Virus record (IMG/VR): IMGVR_UViG_3300030744_000156
Location: 20,442-84,441 of that record
Direction: 5' to 3' (one strand)
Source: a virus
Taxonomy: Duplodnaviria; Caudoviricetes
DNA length: 64,000 nt
A program made the position numbers and the translations under genes. The stretch's first letter is position 1; the number at the start of each line of letters is the position of its first letter. Below are positions 18,297-26,593 of the stretch, piece after piece. The notes beneath the pieces are model-generated. The model did not search any database and was not told the DNA's origin. It was given only the letters and a program-made list of their open reading frames with translations.

Positions 18297-18818
18297 TCAC
18301 GCTTTCAGCTCGTCGGCCGCGCGCTGCTCGCGGGCCTGGGCGGTGGCGAGGCGGCCGGCGAGTCGGTCACGCCGCTGGGTGAGCGCCGTGTACCGCTGCA
18401 GGTCGCGATCCATGCGCTCGAACCGGCGCCGGCCAGCACGGGCAGCCGCCCGGCTCCGGGCGTGGGGCGAGAGGTTCGCTGCCGCGCGGTCCGGCACGTC
18501 GTTGGCGTCGAACGTCGCCAGCTGGGCGATGACGTTCTCCAGTTCGGCGCGGATCGACTCGGCGGAGCGGTACACGCGAGGCTTCGGGACGCGCTTCGGC
18601 GCGGGTGTGGTCTCCGGCAGGACGACATGCTGCTCGTCCTCGTCGCGGACGAACCACTCCAGCAGCGGCGGGAAGCGCAGCAGCGGGCCGGACTGTTCCA
18701 GGGTGGCGACGTAAGCGGCCTGCCGGGCGAGGAGCACCAGGATGTAGTCCTCGCCGCTGATCGGTTCGGTGAGCGCCGTCGAATCGGCGGGGTCGTACGG
18801 AATCGGGGACGCGGTCAC
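18297..18818 (-). CDS. Hypothetical protein, helical C-terminus
   Basis: Coupled start; protein-like sequence. Confidence 0.7.
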   Translation of the reverse strand: MTASPIPYDPADSTALTEPISGEDYILVLLARQAAYVATLEQSGPLLRFPPLLEWFVRDEDEQHVVLPETTPAPKRVPKPRVYRSAESIRAELENVIAQLATFDANDVPDRAAANLSPHARSRAAARAGRRRFERMDRDLQRYTALTQRRDRLAGRLATAQAREQRAADELKA

Positions 18819-19288
18819 CGGGTCTCACCTCCGCCCAGGTTGTAGATCGGCTCGTCGTCGACGCCAGTCATCCATTCGGGGATCTCGCCGATCTCGTCCT
18901 CAACGGGGGCGGGGGCGAGTCGGCCGGTGCCCCTGCAGTAGCGGCAGCGGCGTTGAACCGTCCGGCGGCGGTGAGTGATGGCGGCGTGCACGGAGTCCTC
19001 GACACGCCCACGACCGCCACAGTTGCGGCACTCGGGGCATTCGGCCAGCACGTCCGCGATGACCTGTGCGCCAGTGCGGCCGTCGATGAGGTCCTCGGCC
19101 CATGCGTCGTACGCGGCCTTGACCTGCGGGTACTTGCCGTACAGGTGCTCGGTGATGAGGCCCCGCACGAGCTTCCCGGCGTCGTCCAGGTCGGGCGTCT
19201 CGTCGAGCGCGAGAAGCGCGGTGAGGTTGACCTGGTCGGATGCCTGCGCGATGTGCGCCACGAGGCGCTGACGGTCGGTGGTCTGCAT
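18815..19288 (-). CDS. Hypothetical protein with DnaJ-type CxxCxGxG Zn finger
   Basis: CRNCGGRG and CRYCRGTG. Confidence 0.7.
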   Translation of the reverse strand: MQTTDRQRLVAHIAQASDQVNLTALLALDETPDLDDAGKLVRGLITEHLYGKYPQVKAAYDAWAEDLIDGRTGAQVIADVLAECPECRNCGGRGRVEDSVHAAITHRRRTVQRRCRYCRGTGRLAPAPVEDEIGEIPEWMTGVDDEPIYNLGGGETR

Positions 19289-19307
19289 GTCGACTCCAAG
19301 AACTCGT

Positions 19308-19658
19308 TCAGGCGGCAGCCAGGATGGTGGCTGCAACCCTGTGAAAGCACACGCGCTGGTCGGCACGCTCGGACTTGAGGCCGGCGGCGCACGTGCAGGT
19401 CTGCGGTGCGGTGAGGTAGGTGCGGGTGCCGTCGGTGGACACGGCGCGGAATACGCGACGCCCCCGGATCGGCAGGATGCCGCCGTCGGCGATCAGCTCC
19501 TGGGCCTTGGCGATCTGGGCGGGCTTGAACTCGGCGGTCCTCGCGGCGGCGGCGATCTTCGCCTTGCAGGTGCGACCAGCACCGTCCGCGATCGCCTTGG
19601 CGGCACGCAGGACACGACCGCAGCGGATGCACTTGGCGGTGGTCTGCGTGGCGGGCAT
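19308..19658 (-). CDS. DUF6011-like Zn finger fused to SWIM-type Zn finger
   Basis: CIRCGRVL...GAGRTC; CTCAAG...CFHR. Confidence 0.7.
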   Translation of the reverse strand: MPATQTTAKCIRCGRVLRAAKAIADGAGRTCKAKIAAAARTAEFKPAQIAKAQELIADGGILPIRGRRVFRAVSTDGTRTYLTAPQTCTCAAGLKSERADQRVCFHRVAATILAAA

Positions 19659-19667
19659 CCCTGGCTC

Positions 19668-19734
19668 CTGTCAACTAGGTTCCGAACATGGTTGACAGTA
19701 CGTGGGCGCCGTGGCACTGTCAACCATGTTCCGA
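19668..19734. promoter_or_regulatory. Divergent promoter with three CTGTCAAC-type operator half-sites
   Basis: CTGTCAAC 19668, GTTGACAG 19691, CTGTCAAC 19717; 16-bp perfect inverted repeat 19684-19699 / 19716-19731. Confidence 0.7.
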
Positions 19735-19775
19735 CCCAAGGTCCAACCACAGTTGCGAACGGAGGTGATGGCACG

Positions 19776-20024
19776 ATGCTGCTCGTGGCACGAGACGAGA
19801 TTCCCAAGCTCAGGGCGCTACGCGACGAGCTCGACGCGGCGGCGAAAGAAGCCGCCGAGATCGTCGACCCGCCGAAGAAGGCCCTCATGGAGGCCATCGT
19901 GGAGGCGTTTGCCGCCGGCGAGCCCGACTCGCGGATTGCCCGCTCGGTGGATTGGTCGCGGGAGTACGTCGGGCGGTTGCGCAAGAAGCTGGCGTCGAAG
20001 CAACGAGATGACGAGGAGGACTGA
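19776..20024 (+). CDS. Small protein with C-terminal HTH (probable regulator)
   Basis: RBS GGAGG; GEPDSRIARSVDWSREYVGRLRKK. Confidence 0.7.
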   Translation: MLLVARDEIPKLRALRDELDAAAKEAAEIVDPPKKALMEAIVEAFAAGEPDSRIARSVDWSREYVGRLRKKLASKQRDDEED

Positions 20025-20025
20025 C

Positions 20026-20538
20026 GTGGGCGACGTGCCAAGACCACTGCTTCTGCTCGACGTCGACGGCCCTCTCAACCCGTTCCGTGCGACGAAGCCC
20101 GAGGGCTACACGATGCACAAGCTCCCAACCGCTGGCAGCTCGTTCAACGTGTGGCTCAACCACGGCCACGGCGCCATGCTGCTGGCGTTCGCGGAGCGGC
20201 ACAGTTTCAAGCTGGTGTGGTGCACGACGTGGGAGCACGACGCGAACAAGCACATCGGCCCGCACATTGGCCTGCCCGAGCTGCCGGTCATCGAGTTCGG
20301 GTTTACCGCCACCGAGTGGAAGTTCAACGCCGTCCTCGACTACGCCGCCGGCAGGCCGCTGGCGTGGCTGGACGACGACTTCGAGCTGTTCGACGCCGAG
20401 CAGCAGTGGTTCGAGCAGCAGCGCGGTGATGCGCCGACGCTGCTGCACCTCGTGAGCCCGAAAGTCGGGATCACGACCGAAGACCTCGACGCCGTCGCAG
20501 CCTGGGCGGCTCAACTCAAGGGAGCAGATGCCGCGTGA
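20026..20538 (+). CDS. HAD-superfamily phosphatase (Swiss-Army-knife RNA-repair-like type)
   Basis: LLLDVDGPLN, VWCTTWE, AWLDDD. Confidence 0.85.
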   Translation: MGDVPRPLLLLDVDGPLNPFRATKPEGYTMHKLPTAGSSFNVWLNHGHGAMLLAFAERHSFKLVWCTTWEHDANKHIGPHIGLPELPVIEFGFTATEWKFNAVLDYAAGRPLAWLDDDFELFDAEQQWFEQQRGDAPTLLHLVSPKVGITTEDLDAVAAWAAQLKGADAA

Positions 20539-20816
20539 GCGAGCAGAACGTGGACGACGAAGAGAACGGCACGCAGGACCTGGTGCTCGACTACGACTTC
20601 ACCGACTACGTCGAGGGCACAGTGTCGATCCGGCACGGCGAGGGTTCGATTACCTTGCCTGTCGGCGCCGCAAGCGCACTGCTCGAAAAGGCCGCGCGAG
20701 AGATCAGCGAGGAGCTGACCGAGCGATCGTGTCCCGGCAGGCCGGCCACCGGTTCCTCGGCTACCTCCACGGCCAGCGTCAACGCATGCTCAACGGCAAC
20801 GTCCACGCCCGCGTGA
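20535..20816 (+). CDS. Hypothetical protein, C-terminus probably altered by a deletion
   Basis: Acidic protein-like first 63 aa then S/T/A-rich out-of-frame tail overlapping the next frame. Confidence 0.5.
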   Translation: MSEQNVDDEENGTQDLVLDYDFTDYVEGTVSIRHGEGSITLPVGAASALLEKAAREISEELTERSCPGRPATGSSATSTASVNACSTATSTPA

Positions 20817-21142
20817 ACCGGCCCGAGCTCGTCGAGAAGTACGGCCATGACACGAAGTACGCCGCGCACATGGTCCGCCTCGCCGTGCAGGGCGTAGAGC
20901 TGCTGGAGACCGGGCGGATGACCCTGCCCATGTCGGAGCCGTGGCGTACCTGGATCCGGGACCTGCGGCAGGGCAAGCACACCGAGCAGGAAGCGATCGA
21001 AGCCGCTGACGAGCTGGAAGCACGGCTCAAGGTGCTCACCGAGACCGCGGACCTGCCGGCACGTCCGGACACGGCGCGGGCGAACAGGTGGCTGATCGAG
21101 ACCTACCAGCGGGCTTGGGTGCACGGGAGGTGGGTGCCGTGA
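20729..21142 (+). pseudogene. C-terminal half of a phage nucleotidyltransferase (Nuc-transf/pol-beta RNA-repair type); catalytic N-half absent
   Basis: RFLGYLHGQRQRML...RPELVEKYGHDTKYAAHMVRL..QGVELLETG; no GS..DxD upstream in any frame. Confidence 0.65.
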
Positions 21143-21438
21143 GTTCGACTGCTGTCGAGATGCTCGACGCCGCCCAGTGCCGGATGCGCGCGGCTGTCGC
21201 CGCTCAGGAACCGGCTGAGGTCGTGCACCCCCTGATGCTGGACGTCGCGGCCGTGTTCGACGCGCTCGGGTTCGACTCGACGAGTGTCCGCCGTACCGCA
21301 GACATGCTCGTGCCGATGTTCGGCCTGCACGCCCAGCACGAGCGGGAACGGCTGCCGTGGTGGCGGCGGCGCAAGTACCAGGCGCCGAACTACGCGGCGC
21401 GGGTCCAGGCCTACAGAGAAGGTGTGCACCGTGGATGA
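21139..21438 (+). CDS. Hypothetical protein
   Basis: GTGA-coupled; LPWWRR motif. Confidence 0.6.
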   Translation: MSSTAVEMLDAAQCRMRAAVAAQEPAEVVHPLMLDVAAVFDALGFDSTSVRRTADMLVPMFGLHAQHERERLPWWRRRKYQAPNYAARVQAYREGVHRG

Positions 21439-21811
21439 GACGTTGAAGGACGCGGCCGAGCACTCCGGCATCGCGGCAGCCAAGAGGTGGCTCACCGCCC
21501 TCACCGAGGCAATGGAAGCCGAGGCTGTGCCGGGTGACACGCGGCGCCGGATCGTGAACCGGGTTCTGTTCGGCGATCCGGACGGCGACGTGTTCGAGAA
21601 GGCCTCACTGGAGGTTGAGGCGAGGCTGGCCAGGATGGACCCCGCCAGGGTGCTCGGGTTCCGCCAGGACGAGTGGAGTAAGCGGGCCGAGTCGATGCGC
21701 CGTGCACTGGAAGACACCGGCCGGGGGCTGACCCGCGTCCTCGACGCTGCTGGGTTCGAGAATCTGGAAGTCCGCTGGGACGAGCACCCCGAGGAGACCG
21801 ACCGTGGGTAA
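21431..21811 (+). CDS. Hypothetical protein
   Basis: RBS GAAGG; overlaps neighbours. Confidence 0.6.
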   Translation: MDETLKDAAEHSGIAAAKRWLTALTEAMEAEAVPGDTRRRIVNRVLFGDPDGDVFEKASLEVEARLARMDPARVLGFRQDEWSKRAESMRRALEDTGRGLTRVLDAAGFENLEVRWDEHPEETDRG

Positions 21812-22085
21812 CCAGATCGTCAAGCAGCCTGACGGCAAGTACGCGATCTTCTCCAGCATCACCGACACCATCGTGTTCTGGGACGCCACCTACGACGAGA
21901 TCGTGCAGTTCTTCGTCGACCGGGCCATCGAGGACACCAAACGTTCAGTGCAGAAGGTCCTCGACCACGTCGCCGCTGACGAACCGCGCAAGGCCTACTA
22001 CCAGTTCACGATGACCTGGGAGGAAGCCCTTAGGGATGACCGTGACGGCGGCGGCGAAGTGTGGAAGGAGTACAGCCGTGGATGA
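21804..22085 (+). CDS. Conserved phage hypothetical protein
   Basis: IVKQPDGKYAIFSSITD motif; RBS GAGGAG. Confidence 0.7.
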   Translation: MGNQIVKQPDGKYAIFSSITDTIVFWDATYDEIVQFFVDRAIEDTKRSVQKVLDHVAADEPRKAYYQFTMTWEEALRDDRDGGGEVWKEYSRG

Positions 22086-22530
22086 CATCCCCATACGACC
22101 CGAGGCGGTCGCTGCCGCACGCTGGTGGGTCGACACCATCACCGCCCCGCCCAAGAACGACGAGTACGGCGATGCAGCGCTGAACGCAGGCATGGCGCGC
22201 TCACGCCTCCAGCCTGCGCCCACCACCTGGACACCCGAGCAGGTCGAGGCGTTCCGCGTTGAGCTCGAACGACGCATCGATGCCCACTGCGCCGAGACGT
22301 CGTGGCGCCCGGACGAGCCGAACTACGGCTCCGGGGTGCGGGTGATGATCTGCGACTACGGCCCAGACCCCGTGCTGAAGGACGCCGCCGAGGCAGTCGG
22401 CCTGCGGTTGCAGAACCGCGACACGCCAGCGAAGACGTTCGTGTGGGTGAACCCAGGCGAGGTCAAGGCACAGCTGGGCTACTCGGCACCGCGCGAGGTC
22501 GTGTGGAGCGAGGAGTACGGCCGTGGCTGA
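22078..22530 (+). CDS. Conserved phage hypothetical protein
   Basis: AARWW...DYGPDPVLKDAA...PAKT...GYSAP. Confidence 0.7.
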   Translation: MDDIPIRPEAVAAARWWVDTITAPPKNDEYGDAALNAGMARSRLQPAPTTWTPEQVEAFRVELERRIDAHCAETSWRPDEPNYGSGVRVMICDYGPDPVLKDAAEAVGLRLQNRDTPAKTFVWVNPGEVKAQLGYSAPREVVWSEEYGRG

Positions 22531-22981
22531 CGACTGGATGACCGACGACCACAAGGCCGCCGCCCTGGAGGGCTTCCGGGGAAACCCGGTGGCGGTCGCG
22601 TTCGCCCTGCAGAGGGCCGAGGAAGAACGCGAGGCACGCAAGGCTCAGGCCATGGTGGCGTGGGTGCGGGAGCAGATCGCCCACAATCGGGGCATCGCAG
22701 AAGCCGCCCACGCCGACGACTACCAGTCCATCGAGGACGAGTCGGACGCGATGGAAAGGTTCCGCCGCAGGTTCAACACGGAAGCCGTGCTTGAGCAGTG
22801 CACGGCGCACGCGGCGATCATCGACCGCTACGCGGTGGCCATGGGCATACCGGAGAACAGGATCTCCAGCTTCGTGCGCGGCCAGGACGACGGCTACCGA
22901 CAGGGCTGTCTCGACGCGATCCGAGACATCGCTGTGTCGATGGCAGACCGGCCCGGCTTCCGGGAGGAGTGGCGTCCATGA
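22523..22981 (+). CDS. DUF6221-like protein
   Basis: C-terminal ADRPGFREEWRP signature. Confidence 0.7.
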   Translation: MADDWMTDDHKAAALEGFRGNPVAVAFALQRAEEEREARKAQAMVAWVREQIAHNRGIAEAAHADDYQSIEDESDAMERFRRRFNTEAVLEQCTAHAAIIDRYAVAMGIPENRISSFVRGQDDGYRQGCLDAIRDIAVSMADRPGFREEWRP

Positions 22982-23244
22982 CCGAAACCGGTCGCCTCGT
23001 TGGCGGTCCGCACGACGGCACCACGTTCCCCGTCAATGACAGGTTCTGGCACGCCCGCCCCGACCAGCTCCCTGAGCCTGCGCAACGCGTCTACGTCACC
23101 GAGGACGGACACCGCTCGTTCTGGTTCACGGCCAGCGTGACCGGTGCCGGCGTGTTCGGCCCGCCGCCACTGAGTAGGTACGACCTGGACCCGGACGACA
23201 GCGGCTGGCTCTACCAGTACGTGGGCGAGGAGCAGCATGGATGA
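22978..23244 (+). CDS. Hypothetical protein (GGPHDG motif)
   Basis: ATG coupled, RBS GGAGGAG. Confidence 0.6.
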   Translation: MTETGRLVGGPHDGTTFPVNDRFWHARPDQLPEPAQRVYVTEDGHRSFWFTASVTGAGVFGPPPLSRYDLDPDDSGWLYQYVGEEQHG

Positions 23245-23587
23245 CCCGAGCCAGCACGACGAGCTGGTCCGCCAGGTCAAGGAGCGATACCGCGCCGCTG
23301 GCATCACGCCTGCCCTCCGCACTGACTGGGCCGAGGAGGACCTCGTCTACTGGCTGGAGGACGGCATCGAAGGGCAGATCCAACGTCTCGACGGCGACCG
23401 CGCCCTGGTCTGGTGGGAGGACGACGACCTCTCCTGGATCGACACCGCCGAGCTCCAGAAGCCCGATGACCTCCAGCACAGACCACCGACAAGACCGACG
23501 CGATCCGGCAGCCCACCCCATGCACCGATCTGGCCAGCCTGGACCCCAGGCAACCTCCCCGAAGGGACCGCCCGTGACCGCTCCTGA
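23237..23587 (+). CDS. Hypothetical protein, possible SH3-like core
   Basis: GQIQRLDGDRALVWWED; RBS GAGGAG. Confidence 0.55.
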   Translation: MDDPSQHDELVRQVKERYRAAGITPALRTDWAEEDLVYWLEDGIEGQIQRLDGDRALVWWEDDDLSWIDTAELQKPDDLQHRPPTRPTRSGSPPHAPIWPAWTPGNLPEGTARDRS

Positions 23588-23891
23588 CCTGGTGCGGCAG
23601 CCGCCCGCAGTCGCCAACGCCCCGCAGATCGGCATGTGCGGCGCCGGCTACTGCGACCGACCCGCCGTGGCCTACGTGTCCCGCACGGTCGGCGTCTCCC
23701 GCCGGGTCACGATCATCATCGGCCCGCGCGGCGAGTTCCTGGGCGAACAGAACCAGCCAGAGCTGCGCTGCTTCGACTGCCTACACGACGAGGTCGACAC
23801 CGCACTCGCCTCCACCGGCATCCCGGTGCACGCCGCAGAACGCCCGCCGGCTGAAGCGCGGGCTGATCGTCCGGTTTCACATACGCCTTGA
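23574..23891 (+). CDS. Hypothetical Zn-binding protein
   Basis: CGAGYC...CFDC. Confidence 0.55.
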   Translation: MTAPDLVRQPPAVANAPQIGMCGAGYCDRPAVAYVSRTVGVSRRVTIIIGPRGEFLGEQNQPELRCFDCLHDEVDTALASTGIPVHAAERPPAEARADRPVSHTP

Positions 23892-23906
23892 CAGGACGCT
23901 TACGCT
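23868..23906 (+). promoter_or_regulatory. Operator CGTCCGGT-N15-ACAGGACG with -10-like TACGCT upstream of the Y-like RNAs
   Basis: One mismatch to the palindrome family; TACGCT at 23901-23906. Confidence 0.55.
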
Positions 23907-23915
23907 GAGCGAGCA

Positions 23916-23985
23916 CTCCCGGTGCGAAGTCCAACGGCTACTTCCTTGGGTGAAACGACGCCGTCGGACGACCTGATCTCGGGAG
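23916..23985 (+). ncRNA. Short Y-RNA-like element (unit 1, no tRNA domain)
   Basis: Closing stem CTCCCGG/TCGGGAG; GGTGCGAAG resembles the Y RNA GGUCCGAxG strand; shares CCCGGTGCG, CTACTTCC and TGATCTCGGG with unit 2. Confidence 0.55.
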
Positions 23986-24000
23986 CCCACAACTCCACAC

Positions 24001-24131
24001 GTGCCCGGTGCGCAGGCGAGGCCTACTTCCAACTGCTAATTGGGTGGTCCGGGTTCGAATCCCGGCGGCCTTTCGGGGCTGTGGTGTAACGGCAGCACGC
24101 TATGTCGGCTTCACCGTCTTGATCTCGGGCC
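24001..24131 (+). ncRNA. YrlA-like Y RNA with circularly permuted tRNA domain (unit 2)
   Basis: CGAGGC/GTCTTG Ro-type helix; T arm CCGGG-TTCGAAT-CCCGG; acceptor closed by TTCG loop; D arm GTG-TAACGGCAG-CAC; immediately upstream of Ro60. Confidence 0.8.
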
Positions 24132-24173
24132 CGTGTGGGGCTGTAGCTCCCCTTCCGCTGAAGGGTTGAGCCC

Positions 24174-25787
24174 TTGTCGAAGTTCAACACCACCAAGACC
24201 CGCCCGGCCGTGTCGAGCCCGGTCACCAGCGAGTCCACCCCATCCGCCCGCACCTACGAGGGCGGCGCCGGCTACGCCCGCGACACGAAGTCCGAGCTGT
24301 TCCTGCTCGCCGTCACTCAGTTCGCCGAGGCAACGTTCTACGAGTCCGGCCAGGACCGCGACAGCCGCTACGCCCAGCTCATCCACGCCGCTGCACTCGC
24401 TGACCCGGAGTGGACGGCACGCCTGCTCAGCTGGCTCCGCAACGACGCCAACATGCGCACCGCATCCCTCGTCGGCGCCGCCGAGTACGTCAAGGCCCGC
24501 CTCGCCGCAGGAGCGGACACGGGCGTCTCCAACCGGGCCGTTATCGACTCCGTGCTGCAGCGCGCCGACGAGCCCGCCGAACTCCTCGCCTACTGGACCA
24601 GCCGCCACGGCCGCAGCATCCCGAAGCCCATCAAGCGTGGTGTCGCCGACGCCGCTCGTCGGCTCTACGACGAGCGATCCCTGATCAAGTGGGACTCCGA
24701 CGCCCGCGGCTACCGCTTCGGCGACGTGCTCAACCTCGTCCACCCGGCCCCGCGCGCCGACTGGCAGGCCGACCTGTTCACCTACGCCCTCGACCGCCGC
24801 TACGACCGGCCGACGAGCGACTGGCCCACCCTGCCGATCCTGCAGCGCCGCCAGGGCCTGATGGCGACCGAGCTCGACGACCGCCGCGCGCTCTTCGAGG
24901 ACCCTGCGCGCGCCGCCATCTGCCTCCGCGAGGCGGGGATGACGTGGGAATCGGTCGCCGGCTGGCTGCAGGCGCCGATGACAAAGGAGGTGTGGGAGGC
25001 GCTCGCACCGTCGATGGGTTACATGGCGCTGCTGCGCAACCTGCGCAACTTCGACGAGGCCGGCGTCTCCGACGAGGTCGCTGCCATCGTCGCGGCGAAG
25101 CTCTCCGACCCCGGCCAGGTCGCACGCTCCCGCCAGCTGCCGATGCGGTTCCTCTCCGCCTACCGCGCCGCGCCCTCCCTGCGATGGGGCCACGCCCTGG
25201 ATCAGGCGCTCACCCACTCGCTGGCCAACATCCCGCAGTTGTCTGGCCGCACCCTTGTGCTCGTCGACACCTCGAGCTCCATGGACGCCGGGTTCTCGAA
25301 GGACGGCACCCTGATGCGCTGGGATGCCGCTGCGGTGTTCGGTATCGCTCTCGGTGCCCGATGCGAGTACGCCGACGTCGTGTCGTTCTCCTCCAACCAG
25401 CGCTACTGGAACGACCCGGCCGGTGCGAACACCAAGCAGTTCAAGCTCCAGGCCGGCGAGTCCCTGCTCCGCTCGGTCGACCGATGGAAGAACGGCGGCT
25501 ACTTCCTCGGCGGCGGCACCGACACCGTCGGCGCCATCCAGCGCCACCTGCGCCCTGGCTTCCACGACCGGCTCGTCATCGTCACCGACGAGCAGGCGGA
25601 ACGCGGCGACGTCGGCCGCACCGTGCCCGCAGACCTGCCGCTGTACACGTGGAACCTCGCTGGCTACCGCCACGGCCACAGCGCCTCAGTCCACAGCAAC
25701 CGCCACACCTTCGGCGGCCTCACCGATCAGGCCTTCCGGATGATTCCCCTGCTCGAAGCCGGAAAGAACGCCGCCTGGCCGTTCTGA
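24174..25787 (+). CDS. Ro60/TROVE domain RNA-binding protein with vWA domain
   Basis: TYEGGAGY, ELFLLAV, DESFY-like EATFYE, RNDANMRT, YMALLRNLRN, LVLVDTSSSM MIDAS, VIVTDEQ. Confidence 0.95.
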   Translation: MSKFNTTKTRPAVSSPVTSESTPSARTYEGGAGYARDTKSELFLLAVTQFAEATFYESGQDRDSRYAQLIHAAALADPEWTARLLSWLRNDANMRTASLVGAAEYVKARLAAGADTGVSNRAVIDSVLQRADEPAELLAYWTSRHGRSIPKPIKRGVADAARRLYDERSLIKWDSDARGYRFGDVLNLVHPAPRADWQADLFTYALDRRYDRPTSDWPTLPILQRRQGLMATELDDRRALFEDPARAAICLREAGMTWESVAGWLQAPMTKEVWEALAPSMGYMALLRNLRNFDEAGVSDEVAAIVAAKLSDPGQVARSRQLPMRFLSAYRAAPSLRWGHALDQALTHSLANIPQLSGRTLVLVDTSSSMDAGFSKDGTLMRWDAAAVFGIALGARCEYADVVSFSSNQRYWNDPAGANTKQFKLQAGESLLRSVDRWKNGGYFLGGGTDTVGAIQRHLRPGFHDRLVIVTDEQAERGDVGRTVPADLPLYTWNLAGYRHGHSASVHSNRHTFGGLTDQAFRMIPLLEAGKNAAWPF

Positions 25788-25801
25788 CCCGCTAGCCTCG
25801 C

Positions 25802-25952
25802 CCTCGGCCGACCCATGCCCCCCGAGGTCGACCGTCCCACTGCGGCCCCGAATCAGCTGCCCCCGGTTCGGGGCCGCCGTCCGGTCTGCCTCTCGCTCAA
25901 ACCGGACGCTCTCACCTACAGTCACCACAGTGGACGCATCCGCCGAGCGTCC
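25802..25952. other. Hairpin cluster plus operator/promoter CGTCCGGT-N15-ACCGGACG-N8-TACAGT
   Basis: Inverted repeats at 25802/25822, 25842/25867 (11 bp), 25878/25901, 25932/25947. Confidence 0.6.
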
Positions 25953-25969
25953 CGCGTGGAGGTGCAGCG

Positions 25970-26233
25970 ATGCGGGTGACGACGATCCCCGACGAGGCCG
26001 TGTGGGCTGGTGCCCGCCGCGTGGTCGTGGGCCCGCCCGATGGTGACCCGACCGGTGCGATTCGCCCTGTTGAGGCCGTGCTGGACGAGTCGCCGAGCAT
26101 GGGCGTGCCGGTGTTGTCGGTGCGGTGCGCACTGGAGCAGGGCGATCTGGAACGGCTCGCGGCTGGCGAGCACTTGTGGGTGTCGTTCTACGGCGGCGGC
26201 ATGCCTCCGTTCTCGGTGGATGTGCGGCCGTGA
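25970..26233 (+). CDS. Conserved hypothetical protein
   Basis: RBS GGAGG; LEQGDLERLAAGEHLWVSFYG...PPF. Confidence 0.7.
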   Translation: MRVTTIPDEAVWAGARRVVVGPPDGDPTGAIRPVEAVLDESPSMGVPVLSVRCALEQGDLERLAAGEHLWVSFYGGGMPPFSVDVRP

Positions 26234-26508
26234 CCGCGCTGACGAGGCTCCCGGCCCTGCTGGAGCGCATCGACGCGGTCGTGTCCGACGTTGCACTGTG
26301 CCGCCGCCGCTACTGCTACGCCGAGGCGTTCAGCTGGCTGCCGTACTGCGAGGCCCATCAGGAACCCGCGCCGTTCCGGTTCTTCGAGCCGTCGGGCTTC
26401 AGCTTCGGCCGGTTCGCGCTCCAGGCTGAGTTCCGGCTCGGGTACGGGATCGGCCTGGCGGGGCCTTCGTCGCTGTCGCATTTCATCCGTGTCAGCTCGG
26501 CGTGCTGA
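26230..26508 (+). CDS. Hypothetical protein
   Basis: Coupled GTG; CRRRYC...YCEAH. Confidence 0.5.
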   Translation: MTALTRLPALLERIDAVVSDVALCRRRYCYAEAFSWLPYCEAHQEPAPFRFFEPSGFSFGRFALQAEFRLGYGIGLAGPSSLSHFIRVSSAC

Positions 26509-26593
26509 GGGGGCAGCTCTGACCGCTCGAACAAGATCGAACTATCGCATATCCGCAGGTCGCATCCGTACTGACTAGTAACAAGGAGTCGTA

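Noticed and set aside
24028-24044. Ordinary tRNA-Ser(GCT) gene upstream of Ro60
   Set aside because: No D arm 5' of the anticodon arm, no long variable arm, and the acceptor is closed by a loop with no CCA.
24111-25679. 522-aa antisense ORF over Ro60, and similar long antisense ORFs (3633-5018, 38837-40363, 47918-49507, 49537-51354, 51526-52935)
   Set aside because: Shadow frames expected in about 70% GC DNA; no motifs or RBS, and they lie opposite well-supported genes.
26527-26542. LexA-like site TCGAAC-AAGA-TCGAAC
   Set aside because: It is a direct repeat, not the SOS palindrome.
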